Source of the DNA: Tagaea sp.
Lineage (GTDB): Bacteria > Pseudomonadota > Alphaproteobacteria > CACIAM-22H2
Assembly: GCA_965279525.1 (NCBI GenBank)
Contig: CBDIIB010000004.1
Coordinates: forward strand, 736,001-800,000
Length of the DNA: 64,000 nt
Reading direction: 5' to 3'
In this document: positions 60,129 through 64,000 of the stretch, piece by piece
Position numbering within the stretch: position 1 is the first letter of the stretch
How the letters are laid out: each line of letters begins with the position of its first letter
The notes under the pieces: generated by a model
The model's input: the letters and a program-made list of their open reading frames with translations, nothing else
Told to the model about the DNA's origin: nothing
The model's database searches: none
Made by a program: the position numbers and the translations under genes

Positions 60129-60812
60129 ATGGGCGAAGGTCCGAAATTCGAACGCAAGGTCGTCATGACGCTGAAGGGCGTCGACGGGGCATTGCGCGAT
60201 TTCGAGATCACACAAGGTCCGCGCCTGCAGCGCTTCCGCTTTCCCGCCGGTGCGCTGATCTTCAAGGAAGGCGAGCCCGGCGACAACGCCTTCCTGATCG
60301 AAAGCGGAACGGTGTCGATCGTCCAGACCCTGAGTGTGCCAGGAAAGAAAACGCTCAACACGACCGCAGCGGTCATCGAACCCGGTCGCGTTGCGATCCA
60401 CGAATTCACGTCGGAAGCGGCGCCCCCGGACGCCGAAATAGCTCGGCTCGGCGTCGGCGCCATGTTCGGCGAACTGGCGCTGATCGACGGCATGCCCCGC
60501 TCGGCAAGTGCGCGCGCGGCGGACAACACCGTGTGCGTCGCGGTGTCGCCTTCCCAACTCGACACCCACCTCCAGCAAGCCTCGCCCGAGCTCGCCGCGC
60601 GCATCCGCGTGCTGATGGCCTTCATCCGCGCCGTGCCGGCGCGCGCGACATGGCCGGACGACAAGTTCCCGCAAGCCCGCCTGAGCGACCTTGCGGCCGT
60701 GCAGCTCGCCCTCGATCCGCGCGACCGGGGCGGTCCGCTGGACATCAAGAGCGCGTTCCTGCGCGCGATCTACCGTTCTCTGTGCGAATACGCGCTGTCG
60801 CGCTTTCCCTGA
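60129..60812 (+). CDS. stand-alone cyclic-nucleotide-binding domain protein
   Basis: IFKEGEPGDNAFLIESG and phosphate-binding cassette FGELALIDGMPRSASA; no HTH visible. Confidence 0.82.
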   Translation: MGEGPKFERKVVMTLKGVDGALRDFEITQGPRLQRFRFPAGALIFKEGEPGDNAFLIESGTVSIVQTLSVPGKKTLNTTAAVIEPGRVAIHEFTSEAAPPDAEIARLGVGAMFGELALIDGMPRSASARAADNTVCVAVSPSQLDTHLQQASPELAARIRVLMAFIRAVPARATWPDDKFPQARLSDLAAVQLALDPRDRGGPLDIKSAFLRAIYRSLCEYALSRFP

Positions 60813-61394
60813 TCAGCCCTTGTCGGGCAGCGCCGCGTCGAGCCGTTTGGACAGATACCAGGCGACGGCGAGGAACAGGATCAGCATCACCAGTGCCGCC
60901 TGTCCGGCAACTTCGCCCAGCGCCTTGTCCGAAACCTCGCTGAAGCCAAAGCCGATGCTCACCAGCGTGAGCGCCCAGATCGCGGCTGACGGCACGTTGA
61001 GGGCCGTGAACCGCCAGCGCGGCATGCTCGACATGCCGAAGGCGAAGCCCGCGAAGCCGCGAACGCCGTGGGGATAGCGGTAGACGAACATCATCCACCA
61101 ATGGTGCCTGTCGATCAGGCGTGCGGATTTCTCCACGCCTTTGCGCAGGCGCGGAAACGAATCGAACAGTGCCCCGCCGAAGCGTCGGCCCATCCAGAAC
61201 CGCAATTCGTCGCCGACGATGCCGCCGATCCAGACGGCAAGCACGGTCGGCCAGAAAGACAGCGCGTCCATGTGGACCGCATAGCCTGCGAACAGCGGCA
61301 GCAGCAGCGAGTTCGACGCCGCATATGACGCGACGAAGCCATAGGCAAGGTTGCCCTGGCTGCGGATGATTTCGAGTATCTGGGCGAGATCCAT
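60813..61394 (-). CDS. DedA-family membrane protein
   Basis: GDELRFWMGRRFG, RYPHGVR, F..LN..SA.IW. Confidence 0.85.
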   Translation of the reverse strand: MDLAQILEIIRSQGNLAYGFVASYAASNSLLLPLFAGYAVHMDALSFWPTVLAVWIGGIVGDELRFWMGRRFGGALFDSFPRLRKGVEKSARLIDRHHWWMMFVYRYPHGVRGFAGFAFGMSSMPRWRFTALNVPSAAIWALTLVSIGFGFSEVSDKALGEVAGQAALVMLILFLAVAWYLSKRLDAALPDKG

Positions 61395-61441
61395 TGGCGA
61401 CCGCGATGGCAATGAGCTGCGTACATGGCTACGCTCAGCCC

Positions 61442-62455
61442 ATGAGTCAACACCCGATCTCGCTCGGTATCCTCGACCAGTCGCCGATCCCCGACGGCGG
61501 CACGGCCGCACAGGCCGTCGCCGCCACACTCGAGCTTGCCCAACTTGCCGAAAAGCTGGGCTATTCGCGCTACTGGGTCGCCGAGCACCATAATGCGCCG
61601 GGGTTCGCAGGGACCGTGCCCGAAATCCTGATCACGCGCATCGCGGCACTGACGTCACGCATCCGCGTCGGCTCGGCCGGCGTGATGCTTTCGCACTACG
61701 CGCCGCTGAAGGTGGCCGAGACGTTCCGGATGCTCGAAACGCTGTTTCCCGGCCGCATCGACCTGGGCATCGGGCGGGCACCGGGGTCCGACCAGCGCAC
61801 GGCCTACGCGCTCGAGCCGGGTGGTCCCTACGACATCGCGGAGTTTCCGGGCAAGATCCGCGACCTTCTCGGCTTCCTCGCCAACGACCTGCCCGAGGGC
61901 CATCCGTATCGCCAGATCCTCGCCCAGCCGGCCGGCCCGGCGATGCCGGAGATGTGGGTGCTCGGCTCGTCCGACCAGAGTGCGGCCTATGCCGCGATGT
62001 TCGGCCTGCCCTTCGCCTTCGCGCATTTCATCAGCGGCCAGGGCGGCGACGAAGCCTGTGACGCGTACCGCCGCCACTACACGCCGTCGAACGCCTATCC
62101 GGCACCGCGCACGGCACTGGCGGTCTTCGCGATCTGCGCTTCGACGGCCGCCGAGGCGACGCGGTTGGCGGCAAGCCGCGAACTCTGGCGCCTGCGCATC
62201 GAGCGCGGCGAACTCGGACCCATCCCGAGCCCGGAAGAAGCGCTCGCCTATCCCTACACCGATATCGAACGCGCCCGCATCGCGCGCACACGCGCCCGGC
62301 AGATCGTCGGCGATCCGGCCGAAGTGAAAATGAAAATCGAGGCACTGGCGCAGGCGCACGGCGCCTCGGATATCTCGATCGTGACCATCACGCACGATCC
62401 GGCGGCCCGCCGACGATCCTACGAATTGCTGGCCGCGGAGTTCGCGATCGTCTAG
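61442..62455 (+). CDS. LLM-class (luciferase-like) flavin-dependent oxidoreductase
   Basis: YWVAEHH, RVGSAGVML, GRIDLGIGRAPG and WVLGSS. Confidence 0.92.
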   Translation: MSQHPISLGILDQSPIPDGGTAAQAVAATLELAQLAEKLGYSRYWVAEHHNAPGFAGTVPEILITRIAALTSRIRVGSAGVMLSHYAPLKVAETFRMLETLFPGRIDLGIGRAPGSDQRTAYALEPGGPYDIAEFPGKIRDLLGFLANDLPEGHPYRQILAQPAGPAMPEMWVLGSSDQSAAYAAMFGLPFAFAHFISGQGGDEACDAYRRHYTPSNAYPAPRTALAVFAICASTAAEATRLAASRELWRLRIERGELGPIPSPEEALAYPYTDIERARIARTRARQIVGDPAEVKMKIEALAQAHGASDISIVTITHDPAARRRSYELLAAEFAIV

Positions 62456-62793
62456 CCGCGAACGGTCGGTAGGCCCGCCTGTTTCCAGGCACCCAGTCCG
62501 CCGGCAAGCGACACGACATTGGCGGCACCCAGCACGGGTGCCAGTGCCTGTGCCGCGCGCATCGATCGGCCGCCGGCCAGACACGCGACGACAACCCGTT
62601 TGCCCTTCAGGCCCGCGAGACTTGCCGGATCGAAGGTCGACAGCGGCGAAAGCAGCGCGCCGGGGATCCGCTCGGCCGCGAATTCCGCGACCTCGCGCAC
62701 GTCGATCAGCACCGCATCGCCGGCTTTGAGCCAGTCGCTTGCCTGTGCGCTATCGATCTCGCGCACGGTCGCCTGATTGTCGGACGGGCTCAT
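62452..62793 (-). CDS. single-domain rhodanese-like protein
   Basis: LIDVRE..EF...IPGA, active-site CLAGGRS and LAGGLGAW. Confidence 0.9.
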   Translation of the reverse strand: MSPSDNQATVREIDSAQASDWLKAGDAVLIDVREVAEFAAERIPGALLSPLSTFDPASLAGLKGKRVVVACLAGGRSMRAAQALAPVLGAANVVSLAGGLGAWKQAGLPTVRG

Positions 62794-62895
62794 CGCTTCC
62801 TCGGGGGCCGGTTGTGCTACGTGGGGGTACAATTGGAGTATCCGGCGGGCGAAAACAAGATGGACTTTTCGCTCGAATGGCCGAAATTGACGGCC

Positions 62896-63807
62896 ATGTC
62901 GCGCAGGCTCCCGCCGCTCAATTCGCTCCGCGCCTTCGAGGCCGCCGCCCGCCTGCTGTCCTTCTCGAAGGCGGCCGACGAGCTTGCGGTCACGCCGGCG
63001 GCCATCAGCCACCAGATCAAAGGGCTGGAAGACCAGCTTGGCGCGAAGGTCTTCAGGCGCGACAAACAGAAGGTCACGCTGACCGAAGCCGGCGCCCTGC
63101 TGCTGCCGGGCCTGCGCGATGGTTTCGATCTCATCGCCGGGGCCGTCGCCGACGTCACCGAACGCGACATCAAGGGCGTGATGACGGTGTCCTCGGCACC
63201 CTCCTTCGCCGCGAAATGGCTCGTCCCCCGCCTCGACCGTTTCGCCGAACGCCACCCGGAAATCGACGTGCGCGTGTCGGCCTCGATCGCCCTCGTCGAT
63301 TTCGCGCGCGACGATGTCGACGTCGCCGTGCGCTACGGCTCGGGCCAGTATCCGGGCCTGCTGGTCGAGCGGCTTTTTCCCGAGACAGTCGTGCCGGTCT
63401 GCGCGCCCGCACTCCTCAAGGGCAAGCACAAGCTCAAGGTGCCCGCCGATCTCAAGCACCATACGCTGCTGCACGACGATGCATCGGACGGCGACGAGAC
63501 ATGCCCGGACTGGCGGATGTGGCTGAAGGCCGCCGGCGTCAACGGCATCGACCCGCGCTTCGGGCCGCGCTTCAACCAGTCGAGCCTCGTGCTCGAGGCA
63601 GCGATCCTCGGACGCGGCGTGGCGCTCGCCAAGCTGCGTCTGGCCGAGAACGACCTGGCAAGCGGCCGTCTCGTGCGGCCGTTCGCGGTCGCAACACCCG
63701 TGCGTTTCGCCTATTTCGTCGTAAGCCCGCCCGCGCGCGCCGAGCGGACGAAGGTCGCAGCGTTCCGGGCCTGGCTCAAGGAAGAGGCGGCGGCGACGAA
63801 GGATTGA
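62896..63807 (+). CDS. gcvA: GcvA-type LysR transcriptional regulator
   Basis: MSRRLPPLNSLRAFEAAARLLSFSKAADEL, WLVPRL and DVAVRYG; target specificity not established. Confidence 0.85.
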   Translation: MSRRLPPLNSLRAFEAAARLLSFSKAADELAVTPAAISHQIKGLEDQLGAKVFRRDKQKVTLTEAGALLLPGLRDGFDLIAGAVADVTERDIKGVMTVSSAPSFAAKWLVPRLDRFAERHPEIDVRVSASIALVDFARDDVDVAVRYGSGQYPGLLVERLFPETVVPVCAPALLKGKHKLKVPADLKHHTLLHDDASDGDETCPDWRMWLKAAGVNGIDPRFGPRFNQSSLVLEAAILGRGVALAKLRLAENDLASGRLVRPFAVATPVRFAYFVVSPPARAERTKVAAFRAWLKEEAAATKD

Positions 63808-64000
63808 ACGACGCCGCCAGCTGCGCCGGCACGGATATCGGCATGTCGAGCAGGCGCTGCGCAAGGCCGCGGGCGGCAGGATCGATCGCAAGATCGTGGC
63901 CGCGTCCCGCACCGGCAGCACCCTCGATCACGAAATGGAAAGCTGCCAGCCCGGGGAACTCGCGCCGCACGACACGCGCGGCACGGAACGCGCCGAACCA
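63776..64000 (-). CDS. 3' end of an AtuA-related (acyclic terpene utilisation) protein, truncated by the window edge
   Basis: VVRREFPGLAAFHFVIEGA...DP...LAQRLLDMPISVP resembles the AtuA C-terminal domain. Confidence 0.55.
   Translation of the reverse strand, partial: WFGAFRAARVVRREFPGLAAFHFVIEGAAGAGRGHDLAIDPAARGLAQRLLDMPISVPAQLAASFNPSSPPPLP

Overview
High-GC core-chromosome segment of an alphaproteobacterium. The gene content (ctrA, chpT, fliI-fliJ, rpoZ-spoT-acpS-lepB-rnc-era, dapA-smpB) suggests a Rhodospirillales-like host, which is an inference. I found no rRNA, tRNA, CRISPR array, transposase or prophage. Left to right: isocitrate lyase with a divergent ScfR/RamB-type regulator; an orphan AapJ-type binding protein; the rpoZ-era housekeeping operon; smpB, dapA and a lytic transglycosylase; a motility/cell-cycle block (fliJ-fliI, ctrA, cheR-cheB-cheY, chpT, with no cheA/cheW); a ~14 kb respiratory formate dehydrogenase and Mo/W-cofactor cluster (cytochrome c, WD40 protein, fdhCBA, Tat mini-protein, HTH-TorD, DUF3306/3305, mobA, fdhD, polyferredoxin, moaA); nadK and ppk2; a peptide ABC importer with two tandem binding proteins and three deacylase/peptidase genes; an acyl-CoA module; a pentapeptide-repeat/cNMP-binding pair; and several oxidoreductases and regulators. 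The most striking signal is in the FDH cluster. A phage Cro/YdaS-like HTH is fused in frame to the TorD-family chaperone, and two inverted copies of an 18-bp pseudo-palindrome (CTACTA-N6-TTGTCG, with 434-operator geometry) sit directly upstream. This points to a maturation chaperone that may also be the operon's repressor. All calls are by eye from motifs and gene context with no database searches, and many start codons are best guesses.
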